DNA of 55,080 nucleotides from Candidatus Saccharimonadales bacterium (GCA_035480235.1 DATIHX010000011.1:66146-121225), one strand, 5' to 3'; positions 37,720 through 46,751 are shown, counted from the stretch's first letter. Notes: generated from the sequence alone by a model not told the origin. Numbers and translations are program-made.

Positions 37720-39546
37720 TTACTTGGTTGTAGCAGCTGGCGGGGTTTCTTGGAAGCCGTAGTTAATTTGAATGGCTTGGCGCAGGAAGGGTAGCTGAGG
37801 CCACCAGCTTGGGCGGAGAACAACAGTGGCAGCCGTCGCTTGATACTGGACTTTCACCAGATTGATGGCACTGGTTTTAGAATGATGAGCAACGGCTCGA
37901 GCAACGGCAGTTTTGTCAATCTTAGCCACGATAAAGCCGTTCAGACTGGCGGTGATGGTCATGGCAGATTTGTCGTCAGCTAATGACTTGAAAACCAGCG
38001 CGATAGATTTATCGTTGGGTATCACGAGCTGCTGAGTACTTTTAACGTCTTTGGCCGCAACGGCTTTAATCGCGTTAGTCGCCGCTGTTTGATCGAAAGC
38101 AATCTCCCCGGCCTCCACGCCCATCGACAGATTAGCGCTACCGACTTGGGCGCCAACTGATTGGTCAACGGTTTGGCTGGTAATCGTCAACCAACTCGAG
38201 CCGTCCAAAACGGTCTGTTTGGCGGCTTTAGCCTTGATGTCGTCAGTTGCTTTGGTTGTCAGGTCGGTTTTGAGGGCGGCGACGGCGCCGTCGACATCAG
38301 TTTGCGAAAGAACGGTGACGGTTTTGGTGGTACCGCCGCTGGTTGTGCCTTGGCCGTAAACCAACGAGTTCTGGCCGCTAATCGTAAAAGTCGCGTCTTT
38401 CAGGTTGAAACCGTCACCGACGTCGCTGGCGGTAATGCTGCCGCTGGCTTGGCCGGGGACGACCGAACCGCCAGACACGCTCGCGCCGGGAATCGTCACC
38501 GCTTTGTCCAGGGTGAAATCCTTGCTGCTGGCCGTTAATTTGGTGCCGGCGGCGAGCGTGACGGGGGCCGAACTGGCTTTATTATATAAAGTGACGGGGC
38601 CAGCCGCTTTGGTGCCGATATTTTTAGTACCGGTGGCGGTGACGGTTTTCTTATCGGATTGGTCGCTGGTCAGTAAATTTCCAGCGATCGTGTTGTCGGC
38701 GCCGGTTGCCGGCTTGGTGGTGACGGTCAGGTCTTGGCTCGGGTTAACGGCGGTGGCGGCTAGAGTCAGGGTAACCGTAGCCTTTGGCAGGAAAAGGTAA
38801 ACGACGATCAGGAGCAATACGGCGATAGCGCTGCCGATGCCAACCGATTTCCACGGCATTTTGAACGGCTCGTGCGGCGCGTTCATCTGGATACTGCGGG
38901 GAATAATCGGCGGCAGCTCGCCGTGATCAGCGCTGGCCCCAACAGCGGTTACTGGAGTGAGCTCTGGCTCGATTTGGGTTGGTTTAACTGCTGGGGGGGA
39001 CGGATCGACGGGTTTTAGTGGTTCCGGCTCCGCCACTGCCGTATCTTCGTCAATAGTGACTGGCTCGTCAGGGGTGGTAATTGGCGTCTCTTCGGGTAAA
39101 TCGGCAGCTGGTTCAAGAAACGTTTCATCGGCAACGGCTTCAGCCGCTTCGCTGGCGGCAACGGGCACGTCAGGGTGGTATTGGTTTACTTTGACGCCGT
39201 CAATAACGATGTCTTCCAGCGGTTCAGCCGGCGGTTTGGCAGTAGTTTTTGATCCGCCAGCTGGCGGATCAGCTTTAGCCGGTTCCGGGGCGATCGTGCC
39301 AAGGCTGTTGTAAGTGGTGAAGCCGACTTGTTGCGCCAGCCGCTGACCGACCCGATTGGTTGAAACAATCACCACTTCTTTGCCCTGCTCCTTGGCCTGT
39401 TTGGCTAGTAACTTCAAATTAATTAGACTCTGAAATAGCGTCCCGTTTTTCGGCACGACGATCGCCACTTTGTGATCCGACAAATCTTTCAGTTTGTCGA
39501 TAACAGAGGTGATCTCTTCGTCTGGCTCAAGGTAGATGGGCTTCAT
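37720..39546 (-). CDS. Hypothetical bitopic envelope protein (small cytoplasmic N-domain, Pro/Glu-rich linker, TM, large T/A/G-rich extracytoplasmic domain)
   Basis: 608 aa. Starts 1 nt after the ftsA-like stop and ends at the ruvX start. TM at about aa 235-255. Confidence 0.6.
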   Translation of the reverse strand: MKPIYLEPDEEITSVIDKLKDLSDHKVAIVVPKNGTLFQSLINLKLLAKQAKEQGKEVVIVSTNRVGQRLAQQVGFTTYNSLGTIAPEPAKADPPAGGSKTTAKPPAEPLEDIVIDGVKVNQYHPDVPVAASEAAEAVADETFLEPAADLPEETPITTPDEPVTIDEDTAVAEPEPLKPVDPSPPAVKPTQIEPELTPVTAVGASADHGELPPIIPRSIQMNAPHEPFKMPWKSVGIGSAIAVLLLIVVYLFLPKATVTLTLAATAVNPSQDLTVTTKPATGADNTIAGNLLTSDQSDKKTVTATGTKNIGTKAAGPVTLYNKASSAPVTLAAGTKLTASSKDFTLDKAVTIPGASVSGGSVVPGQASGSITASDVGDGFNLKDATFTISGQNSLVYGQGTTSGGTTKTVTVLSQTDVDGAVAALKTDLTTKATDDIKAKAAKQTVLDGSSWLTITSQTVDQSVGAQVGSANLSMGVEAGEIAFDQTAATNAIKAVAAKDVKSTQQLVIPNDKSIALVFKSLADDKSAMTITASLNGFIVAKIDKTAVARAVAHHSKTSAINLVKVQYQATAATVVLRPSWWPQLPFLRQAIQINYGFQETPPAATTK

Positions 39547-39547
39547 G

Positions 39548-40792
39548 CTATTGCTTCACTCCGGCCACGGCCTTACGCATCATTGTTTCCAGGATACCGC
39601 TTTCGCCGATTAAATCTAAGCCAACGTTGGCTAAAGCCATCGGCGTGACGGCCGAGATGTCTTTCATCGTTTTAGTTTCGTCCACCATATTGGCGACACT
39701 CGAGGGCTGGATAAACTGAACATCGGGTTGACGGGCGAACGGTAGCGATTTGACCCAGTCCTTAGTTTGTAAAATTTGTTTGATTTCCGGCAGGTTGCTG
39801 CCGCCGCCGCAAAGGAGGATTTTACTAGGCAACAGCTCGGCTTCGCCGAATTCGCCGAGCGAAATCTCTAAAGCCGATAGCCAAACTTTGGCGTCGTTAC
39901 CGAGCGCATGTTTAACCAGCTCGGCTTTTTCCGGCTCTAGTTCCCCGGCGGTGTAAGCCAGTTTGGCGGTTTCGGCTTCAGCAAAACTTTCGCCCAAAAC
40001 CGCGGCAACGCGTTTGGTGAACGCCCGGCCGCCGATGGCGAACATTTTGGTGCCCTCCACGCCGCCGTTGCGCACTACCGCCACATCCGTTGTGCCGCCG
40101 CCGATATCAATAAAAATCGCCGCAAAATCGGTGGATTCTTCGTCGATACACCGCGCCACGGCGTACGGCTCGGCAGCAACAGCCAACAGTTCTAGGCCAA
40201 GTTCGCGAACGACCGTTTCTAAAGCCCCGAGCTGGACGATCGGCGCGAACGAGTTGTAAACACCAACAGAAAGCTCTTTGCCTTGGTAGCTCATCGGGTT
40301 AGAAACTTTGTAGCCGTCGATCACCACCGAAACGATGGCGGCGTTGACCAGTTGAACGTCGATCTCTTCTTGGCCGGTTTCGGCGGCTAATTCTTTGCGA
40401 GCCGCGCGGAAAGCCTCAGCTTGGACTTGGTTGACGATGTCTTGCAATTCTGAAAGTTGAATTTGGGTGTGGGGCTTGGCCCGGGTGACTTTAATGCTGG
40501 TGGTGGCGCCCTTCACCAACTCGCCGGCGATGCCGACGATCGCTTGGTCGGGCAAAGTACCGGCCTGGTTGGCGGCTTCCTCGATCGCCGCTTCGCAGTT
40601 TCTAGCGACGCCGTGAATATCGGTAACGCCACCGCCCTGCATGTCACTGAGTTTTTGGTGAGCCCGGCCGACGCCGCGAACGTGGCCCTCGCCATCGATT
40701 ACTTCAAAAACCAAGGCCTTGACGTACTCGGTGCCAATATCGAGTGATATTGCCCAATTGCTCTGTTTTTTCTTCCCTCCAAACAAACCCAT
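39548..40792 (-). CDS. ftsA: FtsA-like actin-family cell-division ATPase
   Basis: 414 aa. ISLDIGTEYVKALVF, FIDIGGGTTDVAVV, LLCGGGSNLPEI. C-terminal amphipathic tail. Confidence 0.75.
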   Translation of the reverse strand: MGLFGGKKKQSNWAISLDIGTEYVKALVFEVIDGEGHVRGVGRAHQKLSDMQGGGVTDIHGVARNCEAAIEEAANQAGTLPDQAIVGIAGELVKGATTSIKVTRAKPHTQIQLSELQDIVNQVQAEAFRAARKELAAETGQEEIDVQLVNAAIVSVVIDGYKVSNPMSYQGKELSVGVYNSFAPIVQLGALETVVRELGLELLAVAAEPYAVARCIDEESTDFAAIFIDIGGGTTDVAVVRNGGVEGTKMFAIGGRAFTKRVAAVLGESFAEAETAKLAYTAGELEPEKAELVKHALGNDAKVWLSALEISLGEFGEAELLPSKILLCGGGSNLPEIKQILQTKDWVKSLPFARQPDVQFIQPSSVANMVDETKTMKDISAVTPMALANVGLDLIGESGILETMMRKAVAGVKQ

Positions 40793-40841
40793 CTGTACTT
40801 TTAGCCTACCGAGTTAAGGGTAAAAAAACAATGAGGTCTCA

Positions 40842-40870
40842 TTGACATGCTGAACAACTACTGATATCAT
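40842..40870 (+). promoter_or_regulatory. Sigma70-like promoter TTGACA-17 nt-TATCAT
   Basis: Read directly. It is followed by AGGAGG and the ATG at 40898. Confidence 0.45.
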
Positions 40871-40897
40871 TACGCGAGTTGTAGGAGGAATATTAAC

Positions 40898-41482
40898 ATG
40901 TCGTTGCCAATTACTGCAAAGCAGTTGATAGAAGACGAGCTTTCCGGAGGAGAGTTGCTGGAAACCCAAAAAGAGATTCTTCAGCTATTTGGCGGGGAAC
41001 TTCTTATGAGCTTGCTTGCTGGTGCCAATCTATCGGGAGGCATTGGAATCGCCGAAGAAGATTGGGTTAGGGTTCGTCAATCCATGTCCATCGCCGGGTC
41101 TTCTACTAGTGCTAACGACTTCTTCGTGTCGCTAGACAAAGCGCTGGCTACCGAACCAGAGGACCCCGATTCGCTTGCTGGAGTGTTGGAGCAGGAAGAA
41201 TGGGCGGGGCTTCTTAGTATCTTAGCTCATGCAGTTTGTCTTTCGGTCAACGTGGATAATATTGTAAATGATGCGTTCCAAGAGCGCCGCGGCGATATCG
41301 ATGAAGGCATAGAATGCGTTTCAATGTATGAATACGTTCAGCGCGCAGTTGCACGAGAGGCTAATAATTCCTTGGGTCGTTTGCAGCAAGCTCTTTCTTG
41401 GCTTCCCTTTATCCACATACTAAGCATTTGCTTACGAAATCCCTCACCATGCTTTCAGCACCCTGAACAGTTCGATCTTTAG
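40898..41482 (+). CDS. Hypothetical acidic cytoplasmic protein
   Basis: 194 aa. Strong SD, own promoter-like element and terminator. No recognisable family. Confidence 0.5.
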   Translation: MSLPITAKQLIEDELSGGELLETQKEILQLFGGELLMSLLAGANLSGGIGIAEEDWVRVRQSMSIAGSSTSANDFFVSLDKALATEPEDPDSLAGVLEQEEWAGLLSILAHAVCLSVNVDNIVNDAFQERRGDIDEGIECVSMYEYVQRAVAREANNSLGRLQQALSWLPFIHILSICLRNPSPCFQHPEQFDL

Positions 41483-41489
41483 CTCTAGA

Positions 41490-41516
41490 CGGCCGGAACT
41501 CTCTGGCCGCTTTTTT
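41490..41516 (+). terminator. Rho-independent terminator
   Basis: 8-bp stem (CGGCCGGA/TCTGGCCG with one G-U pair), 4-nt loop, then CTTTTTT. Confidence 0.6.
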
Positions 41517-41568
41517 AATTGACGAATTTGCGCTAAAATAACTTTAGCAATTCGTACCTGGAGAGATT

Positions 41569-42177
41569 ATGATTAATCCAACTACATTACGCCGGCTTTC
41601 CCGGTTACTTTCTGACCGCTCGACGTTAAACATCGTCGAGCTCGCTGAATACATCGATTGGGAGCGCCTAGAAGGTGCACTTGAGTCAGCTGAAAAAGCG
41701 ACAGATCCCATAGCGCGATGGTTTGAACTCGATAATTTCTCGATTTACCGCGACCCTCAAAGCGAAGATAATTTCAAGCTGATAATTGGATTCTTAATGG
41801 CCATCACCGAATGGCCCGACGAGCAATCATGCGACCCAAAATTGTCGCTGGGGATAGTTGAAAAGATCAACGATGACTACCTGCCCCTGTTGTCTTCGCT
41901 AGACCGCCAGACTTTCGACGAAAAGGTGGCAAGTAATGAAGAGCTGGAGAAAATTGGCGCTTTTTTGCGTTATATTTTTCTTTACGATGCGATTGTTGAC
42001 GAGCTGGAAAACGCAGTAGCGGCGGAAAAGCGGCAATTGGAAAGTTTGTTAACCGGCGAGAAGCAAACAGCCGAGGAGCAGCTTATCAACGTCATTTTTG
42101 GGCCTAGCCCGGCGATGTTGATCGATAGCATCGACAAAATAATCATTGCCTTTCGAAATCCGGTTATCCACAGCTAG
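41569..42177 (+). CDS. Hypothetical acidic cytoplasmic protein
   Basis: 202 aa. GGAGAG upstream and its own terminator. No recognisable family. Confidence 0.5.
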   Translation: MINPTTLRRLSRLLSDRSTLNIVELAEYIDWERLEGALESAEKATDPIARWFELDNFSIYRDPQSEDNFKLIIGFLMAITEWPDEQSCDPKLSLGIVEKINDDYLPLLSSLDRQTFDEKVASNEELEKIGAFLRYIFLYDAIVDELENAVAAEKRQLESLLTGEKQTAEEQLINVIFGPSPAMLIDSIDKIIIAFRNPVIHS

Positions 42178-42197
42178 CGGCTATCGGCCGCTTTTTT
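42176..42197 (+). terminator. Rho-independent terminator
   Basis: AGCGGC-TATCG-GCCGCT followed by TTTTT. Overlaps the alaS stop on the other strand. Confidence 0.6.
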
Positions 42198-43890
42198 ATA
42201 CAACTCGGGCTTTGATGCGGCGGATACCTTGCGAGGAAGCTTCTTCTTTGAGAATTTCAAACCGACCTAACTGGCCGGTTTTTTTAACGTGCGGGCCGCC
42301 GCAGAGCTCGCGCGAGAAAACCGAGCCGTCTTGATTGTTGATCGTATAGACAGAAACCGTATCGCCGTATTTAGCGCCGAATTCGGCTTGAGCGCCAAGC
42401 GAAAGCGCTAGGGCTTTCGGCATTTTTTCGTGGAGCACCGGCAAGTCGTCAGTGATTTTTTGGTTGACGATTTCCGCCACTTTTTTGAGTTCGTCTTCGG
42501 TTAATTTGCGGTCGAAATTAAAGTCGATCCGCAGCCGCTCGCTGGTGACGTTCGAGCCTTTTTGGACGACGCTTTTGCCCAACACTTCTTGCAGGGCGGC
42601 AAGTAATAAATGATGGGCGGTGTGATGTTTGATAGTTTGGGGCGCGTGATCCGCCAAACCGCCTTTGAACTCCCCGGCCATACCGGGCCGGGAAACATCC
42701 TGGTGACGCTTAAATAATATTTCAAAATGGGCCAAATCGACGTCACGGCCCAAACTTTTCAAGTGTTCCAACACCAATTCTTTCGGAAAGCCGAACGACT
42801 CGTACATGTAAAAAGCCAACTCAGTTATTTTTTTGACGTCGCTGTCGGCATGCTCGTTCAGCCATTTGGCCAGGTAGTTTTTAGCCCGGTTCAAATTCCG
42901 TTCAAACTGATTTTTTTCGGTTTCGATGACGGCCAAGACTTCTTCACTGCTTTTGAGCGAGTACACCGGCGAGTAAAAATTGTGAATGTTGTAGAGCAGA
43001 TTCGAATAATCGAGCGGGTTTTCTAGGCTATCAGCTAAGAAAACGGCTTTCCGAATTAAGCGGCGCAAGACGTACTCGCGACCTTTGTTAGCCGGTTCGA
43101 TGCCAGCCGAGATCAAGAAAACAGCGGCTTTCAAATGGTCAACGATTGTTCGGGCTGATTTTTCGTCGTCGCCGAGGCTGCCAATCAACTCATCGAAGGG
43201 CGCGATCTGCCAAACGCTATTTTTGCTTTGGAGCGTTGCGCTCAACCGCTCCAACCCCGAGCCGAAATCTAACCCGAAATTTTTAAGTTTGGTGAAATTT
43301 CCTTCAACGTCTTGATAGTATTCATTAAAAACTAAGTTGCCCACTTCGATGCCGTCAATAAAAATTTCGCTGTTCGGCCCGCACGGCCCTTCGTCGCCCG
43401 TCGGTCCCCAAAAGTTATCTTCCCGGTGCAATTTTTTAACTTTGACGCCCAGGCTCTGCCAGATTTCCGCCGAATCAACATCTTCTGGCGTTAATTTATC
43501 ACCGGCGAAAACGGTGGCGTAAACGCGCGATTTTTCCACACCGAGTTCGTTATGAACGAAGCTCCACATCGCTTCGATGGCGTCTTTTTTCAGGGCTCGA
43601 ATATCGGAGAAGCCGAAACTGAAAATCCCCAACATCTCGAACATCGTCAGGTGGGTGTCGTCGCCGACTTCGGCAATATCGCTGGTCCGGATGACTGGCT
43701 GAACGGTGGCTAGTTTCGGCGCTGGTGCGCGGGTCGGGTCGCTGTAAAACGGTTTAAATTGCTGCATCCCGGCGGTCGTAAACAACACCGACGGGTCGTT
43801 GGCCGGAATTAAGCCAGCCGCTGGCACCATCTGATAGCCAGCTTTCGAAAAATGATTGAGAAATTTTTGGCGCAGCTCTGAGATATCCAT
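42196..43890 (-). CDS. alaS: Alanyl-tRNA synthetase, short form lacking the C-Ala domain
   Basis: Start taken at MDISELRQKFL (the ORF extends to 43929). Class II core (FTTAGMQQFKP, GPCGPNSEIF, GSGLERL), editing domain HTAHHLL...CGGPHV. Ends right after GIRRIKA. Confidence 0.93.
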   Translation of the reverse strand: MDISELRQKFLNHFSKAGYQMVPAAGLIPANDPSVLFTTAGMQQFKPFYSDPTRAPAPKLATVQPVIRTSDIAEVGDDTHLTMFEMLGIFSFGFSDIRALKKDAIEAMWSFVHNELGVEKSRVYATVFAGDKLTPEDVDSAEIWQSLGVKVKKLHREDNFWGPTGDEGPCGPNSEIFIDGIEVGNLVFNEYYQDVEGNFTKLKNFGLDFGSGLERLSATLQSKNSVWQIAPFDELIGSLGDDEKSARTIVDHLKAAVFLISAGIEPANKGREYVLRRLIRKAVFLADSLENPLDYSNLLYNIHNFYSPVYSLKSSEEVLAVIETEKNQFERNLNRAKNYLAKWLNEHADSDVKKITELAFYMYESFGFPKELVLEHLKSLGRDVDLAHFEILFKRHQDVSRPGMAGEFKGGLADHAPQTIKHHTAHHLLLAALQEVLGKSVVQKGSNVTSERLRIDFNFDRKLTEDELKKVAEIVNQKITDDLPVLHEKMPKALALSLGAQAEFGAKYGDTVSVYTINNQDGSVFSRELCGGPHVKKTGQLGRFEILKEEASSQGIRRIKARVV

Positions 43891-44013
43891 ATGGTAATTA
43901 TACCTTGGCTGATAAGCTTCCTCCAGCACGGTACCCCCCCTAATTCCCTTATACTTTATAACGTATACGAGGGTTTGGAGTTAATTGAAATGATTAATTC
44001 GTCTGAATTTAGC

Positions 44014-44799
44014 TTACGTACCTGGTATCAAAGCTTTCCAAAGGTTGTTGATGTCGCCGGGGGCTGGTTCGTTACTGCCCGTAGCGGCGTTACCGTTGGA
44101 CGCCGGGCTGGAAAGCAAGTTCTGCCACAAGTTGACAATCGGTACGCCGGTAATATTAGCGACGCTGACGTTCGGCGTCACCGTAAACTGGAGCGGGGCT
44201 GGCGCAGCTGGCGTTGCCGGAGCAGCCGGGGCTGGCTGGCTGGCTGGCTGAGCGCTTGTCCACCACTGCCCATAAATGGCGTCGTATGCCGCTTGAATTC
44301 GTTCAATTTTGCGAGCATAGGCATCGACAGCTGTGATTCTAAAACCCCGGTTGTCGGCATTAACTGCCCCACTGCCACCGTTATAACCTTCCAACGCGTA
44401 ATGGAGCGAGCCGTAATTTTTAATGCCTTCGCTGACGTAATAAGCGGCGAACCACTCGGCTAAATCAACATTTGTTAAGAGCTGGTTGGGTGAAAAGTTT
44501 TGGACGCCGAGCCGGGCCGCCACCCCGCGGGCGGTAGAACCCAAAAACTGCGTCGGGCCGAGCGCGCCGCCGCCCGAGATCGACCCTTGATGGAAGCCGG
44601 ATTCCACAAAAGTAAGTGCGGCGAGAGTATTGGGGCTAAGACCGTACTGCTGGGCCCGGGTGGCAATTGGTGAACGGAAATTATCGGGTAGCGGATAGGC
44701 AACGCTGGCAAACAAGACCGGCCCCAGCAGAAAAACCAGCAAACCAACAATCGCCAAACTAACCAGCGTCCAGAGCCAAATTTTCGATCGCGCCACCAT
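44014..44799 (-). CDS. Membrane-anchored lytic transglycosylase (SLT domain)
   Basis: 261 aa. N-terminal TM, FVESGF...GALGPTQFL catalytic region, Pro/Ala-rich linker, C-terminal tail. Confidence 0.85.
   Translation of the reverse strand: MVARSKIWLWTLVSLAIVGLLVFLLGPVLFASVAYPLPDNFRSPIATRAQQYGLSPNTLAALTFVESGFHQGSISGGGALGPTQFLGSTARGVAARLGVQNFSPNQLLTNVDLAEWFAAYYVSEGIKNYGSLHYALEGYNGGSGAVNADNRGFRITAVDAYARKIERIQAAYDAIYGQWWTSAQPASQPAPAAPATPAAPAPLQFTVTPNVSVANITGVPIVNLWQNLLSSPASNGNAATGSNEPAPGDINNLWKALIPGT
44230..44250. repeat. Tetranucleotide microsatellite (GGCT)5 inside the SLT gene
   Basis: Read directly. It encodes part of the QPASQPA linker on the minus strand. Confidence 0.8.
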
Positions 44800-44830
44800 A
44801 GTGACTTTACTCTACCAGGGAACTAATATG

Positions 44831-44914
44831 TGCGCGAGAGAGGACTCGAACCTCCACGGGGTTGCCCCCATATCCACCTCAAGGATACGTGTATACCAAT
44901 TTCACCACTCGCGC
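44831..44914 (-). tRNA. tRNA-Leu (anticodon GAG), type II with long variable arm
   Basis: Cloverleaf folded by hand. Acceptor GCGCGAG/CTCGCGC, anticodon loop TTGAGGT, variable arm TGGGGGCAACCCCGT, T-loop TTCGAGT. No encoded CCA. Confidence 0.9.
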
Positions 44915-45020
44915 TTATCAACGAACCGTGCCGAGGGTGGGAAAATTTCGTCCGCCTGCTGGCGGACTCAGCTTCTCACTCCACTGCGTTACGTTCGCAG
45001 TGAACCCACATCCGACACCG

Positions 45021-45104
45021 TGCCTGAGAGAGGACTCGAACCTCCACGGGGTTGCCCCCATACGCACCTGAAGCGTACGTGTATGCCAATTTCACCACTC
45101 AGGC
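45021..45104 (-). tRNA. tRNA-Leu (anticodon CAG), type II
   Basis: Same body as the neighbouring tRNA. Acceptor GCCTGAG/CTCAGGC, anticodon loop TTCAGGT. No encoded CCA. Confidence 0.9.
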
Positions 45105-45146
45105 TAAGAGCTCAATCAATTTTACCAGATTTGAGGGTTGGATTCA

Positions 45147-46463
45147 CTACTTAACCGACCACAGCGCGAAAGCTTGGAGCCAGTCGGTGGGCGAATCGGC
45201 TACCCAGGGGTCAACGGAGCGAATGGCGTTGGAAACCACGTAGCTGGCTTTTTGCTCGCCTAAAATTACCGCCACACCTTGGTTTTGGAGCGTTTGGTGG
45301 AGCGTCTCGATTTGGCCTTTCCGGCCGGCGATGTTGGTTTGAGCGCGAATTTGGTTAATCGCCGTTTCCACCGCGTCGCTTTTGACGCCGCTTAAGTTGT
45401 TGCCCGGCGGCCGAACCTGGCTTTGGTCCCAGAGGTAAAACGGGTCGAGTTCGTAGCTGTAATCGAGGCCACCTAAGAGGGCTTGAAAATTCCGAGCCGG
45501 GGCAATTTGGTCTTTAATGTCACTTTCGCTTTTCAGTTCCAACGTCACTTTAGCGCCGGCTGCCTGCCATTTGCCCACCAGATCTTTAGCCATCGATTGG
45601 TACGGCTCGCTCGACGGCGCTGTTAGGGTGAACGGTTGGGTGGGGATACTGCCACCGGCGGCGATTTTCTGGCCGAAGCTCTGGTCTCGAAACGGCGCCC
45701 GGTTCAAGTTAAAAAAGACGGCGTAATAAAGCGACAGGCCGAACGGGTGAAGTTGGTAGCCGCGCGGGGCGGTGGTGGTTTCCAGGTGGGCACCGTCGAT
45801 CTTATGGTTATTCAGCGCCGCTTGCAGTGCCTTGGCGGTGGGGTAGGCGTTAATAATCACCCGGTTGATGTAACTATTGGCCGCACCGGAGCGAGTGTTA
45901 CGCACCAAAACCGCTGACTGGTTGGTTAATTTACTCACCTTAAACGGCCCGAAGTCGAAAAGCGGCTCAGCCAACAAAAGCGGCAAGCTCGGGTCGGCGT
46001 TTTGCAAAGTAATGACCAGCTGATTATTCTCGGTGGTCACCGCCGCATCACCCAGCAGGTTGGCTTCTAAATTCAAACTATTCTGAATCTCGCCCAGCGG
46101 CACTTGCGGCAAAAGCGTCAAGTGAAAAACCGTCTGGTCGGTGCTGGCCGACCAATCTTTCACCAATTGTTTGGTGAGATTGCCGTTTTGGTCGAACCTA
46201 AAAAGCCCGGCTTTGGTCAAATGAGCGGCTTCGTCTTCGATCTGTTGGCGATCGCCGACTACGCCGTCCACAAACGTCCCACCCTGCGACGGCGTGTTGC
46301 TATTGTTGCCGGCGTACTGGCGGAACCAGAAGGTACCGCTAATCACAATGACGACCGACAGCAAAGCTAGCAAACCTTTTTCGTGCTCTCCTAAGTAATT
46401 CTTGACGCTTTCGCGATAGGAGGTCACCCTCCGTTTTAGGGCCAGCCAGCGGTTTAATGGCAT
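45147..46463 (-). CDS. Membrane-anchored family-5 solute-binding-protein-like protein (peptide/nickel SBP fold)
   Basis: 438 aa. N-terminal TM. Pattern typical of SBP_bac_5 (GLFRFDQNGNLTKQLVKDWSASTDQTVFHLTL..., YYAVFFNLNRAPFRD, DPFYLWDQSQ). Confidence 0.55.
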   Translation of the reverse strand: MPLNRWLALKRRVTSYRESVKNYLGEHEKGLLALLSVVIVISGTFWFRQYAGNNSNTPSQGGTFVDGVVGDRQQIEDEAAHLTKAGLFRFDQNGNLTKQLVKDWSASTDQTVFHLTLLPQVPLGEIQNSLNLEANLLGDAAVTTENNQLVITLQNADPSLPLLLAEPLFDFGPFKVSKLTNQSAVLVRNTRSGAANSYINRVIINAYPTAKALQAALNNHKIDGAHLETTTAPRGYQLHPFGLSLYYAVFFNLNRAPFRDQSFGQKIAAGGSIPTQPFTLTAPSSEPYQSMAKDLVGKWQAAGAKVTLELKSESDIKDQIAPARNFQALLGGLDYSYELDPFYLWDQSQVRPPGNNLSGVKSDAVETAINQIRAQTNIAGRKGQIETLHQTLQNQGVAVILGEQKASYVVSNAIRSVDPWVADSPTDWLQAFALWSVK

Positions 46464-46464
46464 G

Positions 46465-46683
46465 TCAGTTGGTGAGAATTTGAGCGATCACGATAACTAA
46501 GAAAACCGTCGCCAGTAAAATTGTTCCCCGAAAAAGCAGCTTTTCGATGCCCCGACGGCCGCGATAACTGATGTCGGCCCCGCCGAACGCGCCACCGATA
46601 CCAGTGCCGCGATGCTGCAGGAGGATGCTAACCACCAGCAAAACGGCGGTAATGATCTCTAAAATTTCCAGTAGGTTTTTCAC
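46465..46683 (-). CDS. secG: Preprotein translocase subunit SecG
   Basis: 72 aa, two TM helices, LLQHRGTGIGGAFGG motif. Confidence 0.85.
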   Translation of the reverse strand: MKNLLEILEIITAVLLVVSILLQHRGTGIGGAFGGADISYRGRRGIEKLLFRGTILLATVFLVIVIAQILTN

Positions 46684-46751
46684 CGTGTTGAAAGCCTAAC
46701 CCAGTTTTAATCACTCGTCAAGGCAAAAGTGGGGATTTTAGGTGACGACTT

